From NCBI GenBank assembly GCA_963822445.1, contig CAWGHO010000002.1:1536001-1600000 (forward strand): a stretch of 64,000 nucleotides of DNA. The letters are read 5' to 3'. The notes beneath the pieces are model-generated. The model had not been told where the DNA came from. It did not search any database and saw only the letters and a list, made by a program, of their open reading frames with translations. Numbering within the stretch: position 1 is the stretch's first letter; every line of letters begins with the position of its first letter. The position numbers and the translations under genes were made by a program. Below are positions 9,101 through 17,937 of the stretch, in pieces. This DNA is from an uncultured Acidobacteriota bacterium (GTDB taxonomy: Bacteria; Acidobacteriota; Thermoanaerobaculia; Gp7-AA8).

Positions 9101-10110
9101 AACGCAGCGAACAGCGTCGTCTTGCCCGTCCCCGCATCGACCGGACCGATGTTGATGTCCGTCGCGTACTCGACCCAGCATCCGCCGGGGTAGGCCGCGG
9201 TGAGCGGTGCGCCCGCGTAGGGCAGTCCGGTCACCAGCTGCCAGCTCGAGCCACCATTGACAGTGCGATACACGCCGCCGTCGCCGGCCACCCACACGCT
9301 CTGCGCGCCCGGAACGTTCGTGTCGATGCGCAGGCGGCGGATGCGGTGTTGTCCGGGGACGTTGATGACGTCCGTTTGAAACGGAAGCGGCTGCACGACC
9401 CAGGTCCTGCCGCCGTCGGTGGACTTGAGAATGCCGACGCCGTCCTTGTCGGGCTGGCTGAAGTTGCCTTCGCCGGTGCCGGCGTAAATCGTGGCGTCGC
9501 TGTAGTTGACGAGGTCCAGTCCGGGAAGCACGTCCACCGCGCCGATCGCGAGCGTCGGCTGAAAGTCGGTCAGCGCCGTCCAGGTCGTGCCGCCGTCAGT
9601 CGTCTTCCACAGTCCGCCGTCGGCGAATCCGAGGAAGATCACGTTCTTGTTCACAGCCCGCGTTCCGTCCATGTGCGTCCACACGGTGGTCGCGCGACCC
9701 TGCGTGCGTGCCCCGGCCGGTCCCCACTGGCGGGTCACGTCGTAGTCGCCGTTCGGGCCGAGGGAGGTCCAGCGGTAAATCGTGCTGGAGGGGGCGATCT
9801 TCTTGCCCGCCTCGTGCGCCTTCACCTTCCAGTCGGCCGCGGGCATCCGCGTGAAGGGCGCGTAGCGCTCGGCCGAGCGATAGAACCAGCGCCGCTCCTG
9901 CATCCGGGCCGTGCCGGACTGGATTTTCTCCGCGACCCGGGCGAACTCGATGTCGCCGAGGGTGAAGACCTCCGGCGGCAGCGGCAGCCGCGGGAAGCTA
10001 CGTTCCGTAACTGTTGATTCGTGGTCGTTTTGTGCTGCTGCGGGCGGGGTGACGATCACGGCCAAGCCGGCCACCAGCACGATGAGGAGAACCCGAAGAC
10101 GGTGGATCAT
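6157..10110 (-). CDS. Large secreted BNR/Asp-box beta-propeller protein (VPS10/glycosyl-hydrolase-like) with C-terminal beta-sandwich domains, 1317 aa
   Basis: Signal peptide after AGGAG RBS; many S/T-x-D-G-G-x-T-W Asp-boxes; HADHH and ATHGRGIW propeller motifs. Confidence 0.85.
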   Translation of the reverse strand: MIHRLRVLLIVLVAGLAVIVTPPAAAQNDHESTVTERSFPRLPLPPEVFTLGDIEFARVAEKIQSGTARMQERRWFYRSAERYAPFTRMPAADWKVKAHEAGKKIAPSSTIYRWTSLGPNGDYDVTRQWGPAGARTQGRATTVWTHMDGTRAVNKNVIFLGFADGGLWKTTDGGTTWTALTDFQPTLAIGAVDVLPGLDLVNYSDATIYAGTGEGNFSQPDKDGVGILKSTDGGRTWVVQPLPFQTDVINVPGQHRIRRLRIDTNVPGAQSVWVAGDGGVYRTVNGGSSWQLVTGLPYAGAPLTAAYPGGCWVEYATDINIGPVDAGTGKTTLFAAFGRFRDATCVSPTSDSRKNNGIYRSVDGGATWKKISLSAQNGWPESPGLVGRMHTLLAPSNPKHMYVLIARSDDYKSLGLWSTLDATAATVQWTAGSTTEFTNGQGWYNLTGAVNPANENHIMVGGLDNYLSTDGGATLTKKSGWSAGDTTWAHADHHHAIWVDANTYYDANDGGLNIGHVDGANVSWTHVNVGDMSTLQFYGLGQSAAEAYRINAGLQDNGHAYLNNDKWTATAGGDGGFAAVDQDNDLHAYEEYVYASIKKSDDGGDTWPTTGCMQSFGACAGCLGLCVPDQHTAFIANFSLDAHNQNVMYVGTNVLYRNPSARTAGKIWERIGTTAGVGDFVGGSTAASAYITIIHTAKAGGATTTLTGTTVSKVLYVGTSIGRIWKSIDGGSTWTDLTKAPLPILNATAGRFVTWIDTDPTNANNVMVTYSGWNASTPYPGHVFRSNDGGATWSDISGALPDEPFNTLAVNPNPNESNEVYVASDSGVYVNTSAWSGNLWLRINSGLLPHVSVNMLQFTNATTPKRLRAATHGRGIWEMEKGTSASISLDKPTYQCADEMKIAVQDGNRGAGSVSVTVSSGAERDETVVLQEFPANSGHFVGTILLSGANGSRGDGRLTVLNVDTITARYKRKASGPPSANSFTATAKTDCDVCSGSAAAGANLRIEATPVVKSVEGGDRDEFLDNCEIARVDFSVKNIGAGSLTNVRIARILASHTGVTIGAMPQAVVSSLAQCSTAPATVRVTAGGLAPKDELTLRIDVTSDEMAAQGITRSLTVTFTNTEQDYVFRATKTYSFETGTDGWTRVSGTFGRQTTGGGANLTSGYMASSSLVDGSCDNVRSPIVKLTPTSTLSVYNQFGIEPITDAWYDRANLGIYDVATGSRSVVVPSGGRAYLADGPNGVCVTAGNRGWAGPGPVWLASTWSALDLGSASRAGRSVQIDVGYGTDPTAALLGFWFDEVTLTNYYEQGSDQQSCSK

Positions 10111-10159
10111 GCGACTGCTCCTGCCTCTCTCTGAAGTTAACCTAGGAGTGGTAGTAGTA

Positions 10160-11011
10160 CTACCAAGCGAGGCGGAGAGCAAGTCCTGGGCCTACGTTGG
10201 GGAGAGCGGCCAAGCGCTTTCCGAGGCCTTTGTCACCGATTTTGGTGAGAAAAGCCTCGAAGGATCGGTCCGGTCCGGACCACCGCAGCTCTTCGACGTC
10301 GTCGAAAAGGGGCGCGTCGGTCCGCAATGTCGCCAGCGTCTTGAACAGCAGCGCGTCGGCCTGATGCTCGCCAAGAACCTCGGCCGGAAACGACTCGATC
10401 GGCCCATGCCGCTCGATGAGCCGGGCCGCGGTCTTCGCGCCGCATCGGGCAATCCCCGGATAGCCGTCGGCGGCATCGCCGACCAGCGCCAGGTAATCGG
10501 GGATGAACTTCGGCGAGACGCCGAACTTCTCACGCACGCCCGCTTCATCGCGAATCTTCCCGCTACGCCGATCGACCTGCACCACGCGATCGCCGATCAC
10601 GCATTGCGAGAGGTCTTTGTCCGGCGTCCAGATGGTGACTTTCTCCACGCGCTTGTCGCGCGACGCGAGATGCGCTCCCGAGGCCAGCGCGTCATCGGCC
10701 TCGAGCTCGACCATCGGCCAGGTCGTCACGCCCATGGCCATGAGCGCGTCTTCGAGCGGATGAAACTGTGCCCACAGCGCACGCTCGATTCCAAAGCCGG
10801 TCTTGTAGCCGGGCCAGAGATCGTTGCGGAACGATTCGATGACGTGATCGGTGGCGACGGCGATGTGCGTCGCACCGCCTTCCATCATCTGCACGACCGT
10901 TCCGAGCACTCCCGCGACCGCGCCGAATGGCGGATCGGTCTTGCTGAACCGCCGCAATCCGTAGAAATGGCGGAACAGCTCGTACGTGCCGTCGACGAGA
11001 TGGACGATCAT
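10160..11011 (-). CDS. Stand-alone 5'-3' exonuclease / flap endonuclease (Xni-like)
   Basis: VHLVDGTYELFR, SFRNDLWPGYK, EADDALAS, TPDKDL, DYLALVGD.ADGYPGI..CG.KTA (H3TH); ATG overlaps the GH47 stop. Confidence 0.92.
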   Translation of the reverse strand: MIVHLVDGTYELFRHFYGLRRFSKTDPPFGAVAGVLGTVVQMMEGGATHIAVATDHVIESFRNDLWPGYKTGFGIERALWAQFHPLEDALMAMGVTTWPMVELEADDALASGAHLASRDKRVEKVTIWTPDKDLSQCVIGDRVVQVDRRSGKIRDEAGVREKFGVSPKFIPDYLALVGDAADGYPGIARCGAKTAARLIERHGPIESFPAEVLGEHQADALLFKTLATLRTDAPLFDDVEELRWSGPDRSFEAFLTKIGDKGLGKRLAALPNVGPGLALRLAW

Positions 11012-12360
11012 CGCCGGAAAGGATGCGCCTCGGTATTGAAGATTACGCTCTGGAAATCGAGCGTTTCCGGCGCGTAGAGCAGATAGAGGTACTTGAGCGT
11101 CTCCGCGAGGAAGTAGCTGGGCATCAGATCGCCCTGCTCTTTCGTCTCGACGTTCTTCAGCGTCGTGTACGCCTCGCCGGCGCGGCAATGCGCGACGAGC
11201 GAATCGAAGAACGTTCTGCCCATGTCGAGATAGCGCGTGTCTTTCGTCAGCGTGTAGAGCGTGTACGCGGACTCCATGATCTCCGGGCGCAGCGGATAGC
11301 CGGAGTGCACGATCTTCATCGTCCTGTAGTTGATGACCTCCGGTTCGACTCCGTGCGACCTTCCACATCTTCAGACATGATTCCTGCAGCCGGCGCGCGC
11401 CGCGGAATGTCGTCGCCGATGGCCAGCACCGCCGGCAGGAATGCGTGCAGCCGCCGAACTCCGGAGCCGTGCTGCTTGCCCGCTGTGCATGTCGACCTGG
11501 CCGTACCAGAAGCCGCTCGGGGCTTCGTCGGCGAGATGCGCGTTCAGTGCGCGCACGCTTTCGCGCCACATCGCGCCGGCAGTCTTTGTCGCCGAACAGC
11601 CGCCAGCACTTTCAGCAGGTACTCGTAGTACGAGTCGATGCCGCCGCCGACGTGGCTGGCCGTGCTCACCCACTCGCCGGTCTCGACGTTGATCTCCTCG
11701 CCGACGAGGCCGAGCTTCGAGCGGCGGTTGTACAGCTCGACCAGCGCGCGTTTCGCCTTGTCGTAGTAAATCGGCTTCTTCGGTGAGCTGCGAGAGCGTG
11801 CCGAACTCGAGGACAGAGCGTTCCGATCTCGGCAGGGTTCGTTTTCGCGCCGCTGACGTCTTCCCGTCTTCAGGTTCACGTACATGTACGGCATGCCGGT
11901 CGGCGATTCGAAGACCGGCAGCAGCCGCGTCCCGAGGTCGTCGGCCAGACGCAGCAGCCGCGCGTCGCCGGTCATCTGGTAGGCGGAGAGGAGTCCGCCG
12001 AGGATGCGGATGGTGATCTCGAAGTTCTTGACCGACGATGTCCTTGTCGAAGGAGAGCTTCTCCACGATCAGCTTCTGCGCTTCCGCCGCTTCCGTCGTT
12101 GCGCCAAGGAGCAGCAGCGTGTCGAGCGTGTCCACCGGCGTCATGAGCAGCGACTGCGCGTGCCAGTCGTGGGCGGTCCTCGTGACCGGTTTCAGCTCGT
12201 CATGAGTCCAAGCGTGTTTCTTGTACGCGTTCCACGAATCGATCGCCGCGCGACGAACGCGGTTGGCCATGTCCAGCCGTTCGGCAGGCGTCCATCGTTC
12301 GCGCGCGGCCGCGAACGGAGCGCTCAACAGGAAGATCAGGGCGACAACGGTGACTCTCAT
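11008..12360 (-). pseudogene. GH47 alpha-1,2-mannosidase with several frameshifts (pseudogene or local sequence errors)
   Basis: GH47 motifs spread over different frames: W.AYK..AW.HDELKP, DTLDTLLL, FEITIRILGGLLSAY, F.SPTGMPY, LEFGTLS, GGGIDSYYEYLLK, YPLRPEI.ES, MPSYFLAETLKYLYLL, FNTEAHP. Confidence 0.85.
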
Positions 12361-12385
12361 GAAGTGCCACAATAGCTCCGCTCCC

Positions 12386-13975
12386 ATGATCCCGCGAACG
12401 GTACTCCTCATCATTCTTACAGTCGCCGCTCTTCCCCTCTGGCCACAAGCACAGGAGACGGTCAACGTCACCGCGATCGAGGTCGTGGCCGTGGTGCACG
12501 ACAAGACGGGATTCGCACCGAAGGATCTGAAGGCGTCGGACTTCATCGTGCTGGAAGACGGCGTCGAGCGGAAGGTGATCGGTCTCGACTACCTCGCCTC
12601 TCGCCCGGCCGCACCTGTCACCACGATTGTTGAAGCACCCGCCGCGGCGCCGGAACCGGTCGCGCCGCCGCCCCCGCCCTGGCACTTCGTCTTCTACTTC
12701 GAATCGGAGCTGTCGGGAGCGCAGGGCCGCGGGCTCGTTGCCGAGGCGATCGGGCGGGACGTCGAGCGGTACGTGAGCCTGGGAACGGTCGACGTCGTCT
12801 TTGCGACTCCCACTCCGGTCGCGCTGGTGCAGGCCTCGCGCGATCCGCAGGCAATCAGGGACGCGCTTCAGAAAGTGAAGAAGCACGGCGGGGTCAATCA
12901 ATTGGTGTTGAATCGCCGCCGCTTTCGGGACTCGATGGTCGGCCGGATCGCGCCCGCCGACTTCAATGACATCCGGCCGTTTCTCGACGACGACATCCGC
13001 CTCGTCAATCTGTTCCGGCGGAATCTCGCATCCTGGCTGAGCAGCTATCGCCGCCACTCGCCGCGGATGGCGATCGTGGTCACGGACGGCTTCGACCTCG
13101 ACCCGGTCAACTTTTACGTGACGGAATCGGGCCGGAATCCGATGGATCAGGCGCTGCTGCGCGCCACGGCGTTCGGCGCGGAGCTGGCCACGGGAACGTC
13201 GGACCTGGCAAAGGCGCTGGCCGGTGGTTCATGGATCATCTCCAGCGTTCCCGGGCAGATGGACATGGGCATGACCGTGGACGACGCATCGACCTGGGGC
13301 ATCGGGAGGGTCACGGGCCCCGTCGCGGTCGGCCGCCTCGGAGCGAAGGCTCTCGTGGAGCTGCCGATGTCGCCGCTCATGGTTCTCGCCGCGGCAACCG
13401 GGGGAACGGTCGTCGGCAACCATTCGAAACTCGGCCAGGCCCTCGATCACCTCGGCCGATACGTGAAGCTCACCTATCAGGTCGGCCGCGCGCCGGACGG
13501 CAGGATTCGAAAGGTCGAAGTCCGATCGCGCCGCCGCGACCTCACCGTTCGCGCGCAGCAGTGGGTAGCCGAGTCGACACCGGAAGAGACGGCGTCGACG
13601 CGCGTGGTCGGATTGCTGGATGGCGCCGAGCAGACCGGCGAGCTTCCCGTCCAGGCGGCGGTGACGCTCGACGCGGCATCGAAAGGCCGCCGCGGCGTGG
13701 TCCATGGCAGCGTGGATCTCGGCGCGCTGTCGCTGCTGATCGAACAGAACGGCAGCCGGAACTTCCGCGTCACCGTCGCCACGAGGCAAGGCTCGAAAAC
13801 GAACGTGATCTCGCGCATCGCCTCCAACATCGACGTGTCCGAAGGGTCGTTTCCGTTTCGCATCGGGCTCGATTTTCCGGAGGGCGTGTCGGCGCTGGTC
13901 ATCACCGTCGAGGATCTCGCGACCGGCGCGTGGGGCGGTGCGCGGGTGACGGCTAAGGAGATGACGACGGAGTGA
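12386..13975 (+). CDS. Acidobacterial VWFA-related secreted protein
   Basis: Signal peptide; V.V.DK.G....DL...DF.VLEDG; LA..TGG; Y.L.Y....DG..RKVEV......VR. Confidence 0.8.
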   Translation: MIPRTVLLIILTVAALPLWPQAQETVNVTAIEVVAVVHDKTGFAPKDLKASDFIVLEDGVERKVIGLDYLASRPAAPVTTIVEAPAAAPEPVAPPPPPWHFVFYFESELSGAQGRGLVAEAIGRDVERYVSLGTVDVVFATPTPVALVQASRDPQAIRDALQKVKKHGGVNQLVLNRRRFRDSMVGRIAPADFNDIRPFLDDDIRLVNLFRRNLASWLSSYRRHSPRMAIVVTDGFDLDPVNFYVTESGRNPMDQALLRATAFGAELATGTSDLAKALAGGSWIISSVPGQMDMGMTVDDASTWGIGRVTGPVAVGRLGAKALVELPMSPLMVLAAATGGTVVGNHSKLGQALDHLGRYVKLTYQVGRAPDGRIRKVEVRSRRRDLTVRAQQWVAESTPEETASTRVVGLLDGAEQTGELPVQAAVTLDAASKGRRGVVHGSVDLGALSLLIEQNGSRNFRVTVATRQGSKTNVISRIASNIDVSEGSFPFRIGLDFPEGVSALVITVEDLATGAWGGARVTAKEMTTE

Positions 13976-14558
13976 GGACGTCGATCTCGCTGTAGAACGT
14001 GTTGCCCCAGGCGTCCTCGCTCTCGGTCTCGAACACGTCGAAGAGCAGGTAGCGGTACCGCCCCAGCGTTGTGCCGTGCCTGGTGATCGTCACGACGTAC
14101 TGGCCGCCTTCGTTGCCCTCGGCGCGCCGCGTGTCGACGAAGGCCAGCTGCACCCACCCGTGATCGCCGAGCCTGGCCTTCACGGAGGGCGTGGGGTCGA
14201 ATTCCGGCTTCAGTCCGTCGCTCGCGTAGACCTTGTAGAGCTGCGGCGCGCGCGAGCCGGGATGCCAGGAGAAGGTCCGGATGGCGTCGACCTCGATCAC
14301 GCTTCCGAGATCCATGCGGATGCGTCCGCCCCACGAGTTTGCGCGGAAGAATACGTTGGCCGAGGGTTGATCTTCGTTCGTCGGAAGGAAACCGTCGGTG
14401 AGTGCGGCGAGGGATGCGCTGTTGCTGTCGAGTGTTCCGCCGATCACGGTGATCGTCGCGTTCGCCGCGGCATCGTTGAGCGCGGGCGGTGTGAACTGGC
14501 GATCGATCTTGATGAGCATCGGGATCGACAGGAAGAGAAGGAACAGCGCTGGATTCAT
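13953..14558 (-). CDS. Secreted discoidin/galactose-binding-like domain protein, last gene of the sugar ABC operon
   Basis: ATGA-coupled to the permease; hydrophobic N-terminus; DLG....V..I.T.SWH, RYLLFD, YSEIDV pattern typical of F5/8-like folds. Confidence 0.6.
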   Translation of the reverse strand: MNPALFLLFLSIPMLIKIDRQFTPPALNDAAANATITVIGGTLDSNSASLAALTDGFLPTNEDQPSANVFFRANSWGGRIRMDLGSVIEVDAIRTFSWHPGSRAPQLYKVYASDGLKPEFDPTPSVKARLGDHGWVQLAFVDTRRAEGNEGGQYVVTITRHGTTLGRYRYLLFDVFETESEDAWGNTFYSEIDVLTPSSSP

Positions 14559-15499
14559 GACGAGCTCTCCGCGGCGCGGGACGCGCGATAGCGATCGGCA
14601 GCAACGGCGATGACGATGATGGCGCCGATGATGATCTCCTGCACGTAATTCGGCCAGCCCATCTGCTGGCATCCGTTCCTGAGCAACGACATCACCAGCG
14701 CGCCGATGATCGCGCCGGGGATGCTTCCGTCGCCACCGCTCAAGCTTCCTCCGCCGATGACGACCGCGGCGATCACATCCAACTCCGTGCCGACGGCCAC
14801 GGTCGGATCGCCCTGCCGCAAGCGCGACATCTGTGTGACGCCGGCCAAGCCGAAGAAGAGTCCGGCCAGCGCGTAGACCTTGATCTTCAGGCGGTTCGTG
14901 TTGATGCCGCAGGCGCGCGCCGCGGCTTCGTTCGAGCCGAGGGCGAAGATGCGGCGGCCGAAGACGGTGTTGCGGAGGATCAGGGTCATCACGATTGCCA
15001 GAACCACCGTCAGCCAGACTCCCGGCGCGAAGAGCAGCCACGGTCTCGCGGGGAATGTCACGGCGAGCTCGTTGATCCACGTCGCCGGCACATTGACCGT
15101 CTGCTGATTAGCGACGTACTTCGCCAGCCCGCGCGCGATGCCGAGCATCCCCAGCGTGGCGATGAACGGAACGACGCGCAATGCGGTGATCGACAGGCCG
15201 TTGATCAGTCCGAGCACGCCGCCGGTGATGACGCCGCATGCGAGGGCGACGATCGGCGGCAGACCGCCGCGCAGTGCAACCGCGGTGACGACGCTGGAGA
15301 GGGCGATCGACGAGCCGACGGAAAGGTCGATGCCGGCGCTGATGATGATCATGGTCATCCCCAGCGCGGCGACCGCGACGATCACCGTCTGCGCGAGCAC
15401 GACGCGCAGATTCGTCGCGGACAGATACCGCTCCGGCGCGCCCGTGAGAATCGCGAACAGCGTGGCCACGGCGATCAGACCGAGGAGGGGCGCGAACAT
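14555..15499 (-). CDS. Sugar ABC transporter permease (RbsC-like)
   Basis: GMT..II.AGIDLSVGS, VPFIATLG, FGR.IFALGSNE.AA..CGI, ELDVIAAVVIGG.SL.GG. Confidence 0.95.
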   Translation of the reverse strand: MFAPLLGLIAVATLFAILTGAPERYLSATNLRVVLAQTVIVAVAALGMTMIIISAGIDLSVGSSIALSSVVTAVALRGGLPPIVALACGVITGGVLGLINGLSITALRVVPFIATLGMLGIARGLAKYVANQQTVNVPATWINELAVTFPARPWLLFAPGVWLTVVLAIVMTLILRNTVFGRRIFALGSNEAAARACGINTNRLKIKVYALAGLFFGLAGVTQMSRLRQGDPTVAVGTELDVIAAVVIGGGSLSGGDGSIPGAIIGALVMSLLRNGCQQMGWPNYVQEIIIGAIIVIAVAADRYRASRAAESSS

Positions 15500-15514
15500 T
15501 TTCGCGCAGCGCTC

Positions 15515-16927
15515 TCACGCCGCGCGCTCCGCGCCGATGGCCGCTTCCATCACGCTCACCGGAGTCCACTCGCCGATCGGGCGCGCCGCGGAGAGCCTGC
15601 CGCGGGTCATGACCGCGAGGCGGTCGCAGATCGCGAAGAGCTCCGGCAGATACGAGCTGACGATGACGATGGCCTTGCCCGCGCCGGCGAGCGCGGCGAT
15701 CTGGCGGTAGACGTCGGCCTTGCTGGCCACGTCGATTCCTCGCGCCGGCTCATCGAGCAGCAGCACATCGGGATCCTGATGGAGCAGCCGGCCCAGCGCG
15801 ACCTTCTGCTGATTGCCGCCGGAGAGACGATGCACCGCGGTCTTCGCGCTCGCGGCCTTGATGCGCAGGCGCTGCATGATCCCTTCGCTCTGCCGCAGTT
15901 GCAGGGCGCGGTCGATCCAGCCCGCGCGGGCGCAAGTCGAGTAGCGGGTGATGGTGAGGTTGTCGGCGACGGACATCTGCAGGGCGAGCCCTTCGCCTTT
16001 GCGGTCCTCGCTGAGATAGCCGAGGTGGTTGCCGTGCAGGCTGATCTTGCCGTTGGCTGGCGTGAGGCCGAAGAGCGCGCGAAGCAGCTCCGTGCGGCCC
16101 GAGCCGATGAGACCGGCAATGCCGAGGATCTCGCCGCGATGGAGATCGAAGTTCGCCTGCGCAAGACGGACCTCGAGCACGACTTCCGGTGACTCGCTGC
16201 GCTGCCGTTCCACCACCTGATCGACGCTGCGGCCGACCATCTGCTCGATCAGGCGCTCGTCAGAAATGGACCGCAGCTCGCCTGTGTCGACACTCCGTCC
16301 ATCACGCAAGACGGTGGAGCGATCGGCGATTTCCCGCACCTCCTCGAGGAAGTGGCTGATGTACACCACGGCGATTCCGCGGTCCCGCAGTTGCGCGATC
16401 AGCCGGAAGAGCCGCTCGACGTTCGCGCGCTGCAGACTGCTGGTGGGCTCGTCCATCAGGATCACGCGCGCGTCCAACGCGAGCGCGCGGCAGATCTCAA
16501 CCACCTGCCGGTCGGGCAGCGCCAGATCGCCGGTTCGCTTTCGCGGATCGATCTCGCTGCGGCCGAACTCATGGAGCAGCGCCGCAGCGCGCTCTAACAG
16601 CACTTTTCTCGGTGGCTCGATGCCGAGGAAGATGTTCTCGGCGACGGGGAGATGCGGGCAGAGGGCGAGCTCCTGATGCACATGCGCCACGCCGCGACGG
16701 CGCGCTTCACCCGGTCCGGCGGGCTCGTACGGCGCATCGGCGAGCGACATCTCGCCGCTGTCCGCGCGATGAATGCCGGAGAGGATGTTCAGCAGCGTGC
16801 TCTTTCCCGCGCCGTTCTCGCCGATGAGCGCGTGCACCTCGCCGGGCGACACGTCGAGGTCGACGCCGTCCAGCGCGACCGTCGCGCCGAATCGCTTTCG
16901 AAGGCCGCGCAGTCGCAGGACGCTCAC
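15515..16927 (-). CDS. Sugar ABC transporter ATP-binding protein (RbsA-like, two ABC domains)
   Basis: GENGAGKST, MDEPTSSL, YISH, EDRK.EGL, LSGGNQQK, LDEP.RGIDV. Confidence 0.95.
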   Translation of the reverse strand: MSVLRLRGLRKRFGATVALDGVDLDVSPGEVHALIGENGAGKSTLLNILSGIHRADSGEMSLADAPYEPAGPGEARRRGVAHVHQELALCPHLPVAENIFLGIEPPRKVLLERAAALLHEFGRSEIDPRKRTGDLALPDRQVVEICRALALDARVILMDEPTSSLQRANVERLFRLIAQLRDRGIAVVYISHFLEEVREIADRSTVLRDGRSVDTGELRSISDERLIEQMVGRSVDQVVERQRSESPEVVLEVRLAQANFDLHRGEILGIAGLIGSGRTELLRALFGLTPANGKISLHGNHLGYLSEDRKGEGLALQMSVADNLTITRYSTCARAGWIDRALQLRQSEGIMQRLRIKAASAKTAVHRLSGGNQQKVALGRLLHQDPDVLLLDEPARGIDVASKADVYRQIAALAGAGKAIVIVSSYLPELFAICDRLAVMTRGRLSAARPIGEWTPVSVMEAAIGAERAA

Positions 16928-17937
16928 TTCAGATATTGATCGAGCGGCGGGCGAAGAAGCTGTTGCGACTCGGCAGCGTCGAGGTTGGCCGGCGTAATCA
17001 AGGTCACGCCCGTATCGACGCGTTTCTCGATGGGCTTGCCGCGCAGGTGATCGAGCAGCGTCTTCACCCCCAGCTCGCCCATGCGAAACGGATTCTGCAC
17101 GACGATGCCGTGCAGCTTTCCGGCGCGGATGGCCTGCACGAAGCTCTCGCTGGAATCGAAGCCGATGAAGCGGATCTTTCCCGCGCGGCCGGCGTCTTCG
17201 AGTGCGAGCAACGCGCCCGCGGTCGAGGATTCGTTCGGCGTGAACATGCCGTCGAGGTCGTCGCCGTGGCGATTGAGGAGATTCTCCGCGGCGGTCTTGG
17301 CCGTCTCGCGCGTCGCGCCGGCGAACTGATTCGAAGAGGTCAGCTCAATGCCGGGATAGCTCTTGATCTTGTCGACGAATCCCTTCTCCCGCGCTTCGGT
17401 GCTGGCCACGCCTTCCTGATAGCGAAGCAGGAGCACGCGCCCCTTGCCTCCGAGCAGCCGGGCCATCTCCTCGGCAGCAAGCTCGCCCCCGCGATGGTTG
17501 TTGCTGGCCACGAAGCTGATCGGATCTTGGGATTCGAGCCCCGAGTCGATGACCACCGTCGGAATGCCGGCGCGCTTCGCTTCCTCGACCGGACGGACCA
17601 GCGCGTTCTTGTCGAACGGCGCGAGCACGATGCCATTCACGCCCTGGGTGAGGAAACCTTCCACGACCTGCACCTGCTGCTCGCGGTCGTCCTCGCGCAT
17701 CGGCCCTTTCCAGATGATCTCGACGTCGAGATTCTCCGCTTTCGCATCGCGCGCCGCTTTCATCGCGCCGGCGTGGATGCTCTTCCAGAACTCATGCGTC
17801 GAGCCTTGCGGGATCACCGCGACTTTGAACGACTGCGCCGCTGCAGGAGCGGAGGTCGTTGCCGGTTGCGGCGCCTCGGTCTTCGAACAGGCGGTGAGGA
17901 CGACGACGGCGGCAGCGAGGAGAAAGCAGCGCTTCAT
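16924..17937 (-). CDS. Sugar ABC transporter substrate-binding lipoprotein (RbsB-like)
   Basis: Lipobox LTAC; HEFWKSIHAGA, GIP.VVIDS, IGFDS, VVQNP..MG..GV, VDTGV. Confidence 0.93.
   Translation of the reverse strand: MKRCFLLAAAVVVLTACSKTEAPQPATTSAPAAAQSFKVAVIPQGSTHEFWKSIHAGAMKAARDAKAENLDVEIIWKGPMREDDREQQVQVVEGFLTQGVNGIVLAPFDKNALVRPVEEAKRAGIPTVVIDSGLESQDPISFVASNNHRGGELAAEEMARLLGGKGRVLLLRYQEGVASTEAREKGFVDKIKSYPGIELTSSNQFAGATRETAKTAAENLLNRHGDDLDGMFTPNESSTAGALLALEDAGRAGKIRFIGFDSSESFVQAIRAGKLHGIVVQNPFRMGELGVKTLLDHLRGKPIEKRVDTGVTLITPANLDAAESQQLLRPPLDQYLK

Noticed and set aside
6652-10017. 1121-aa plus-strand ORF
   Set aside because: Antisense shadow of the Asp-box propeller gene
10160-11569. 469-aa ORF suggesting a long N-terminal extension on the 5'-3' exonuclease
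   Set aside because: The extension is an off-frame reading of the GH47 3' end; the real start is ATG 11011
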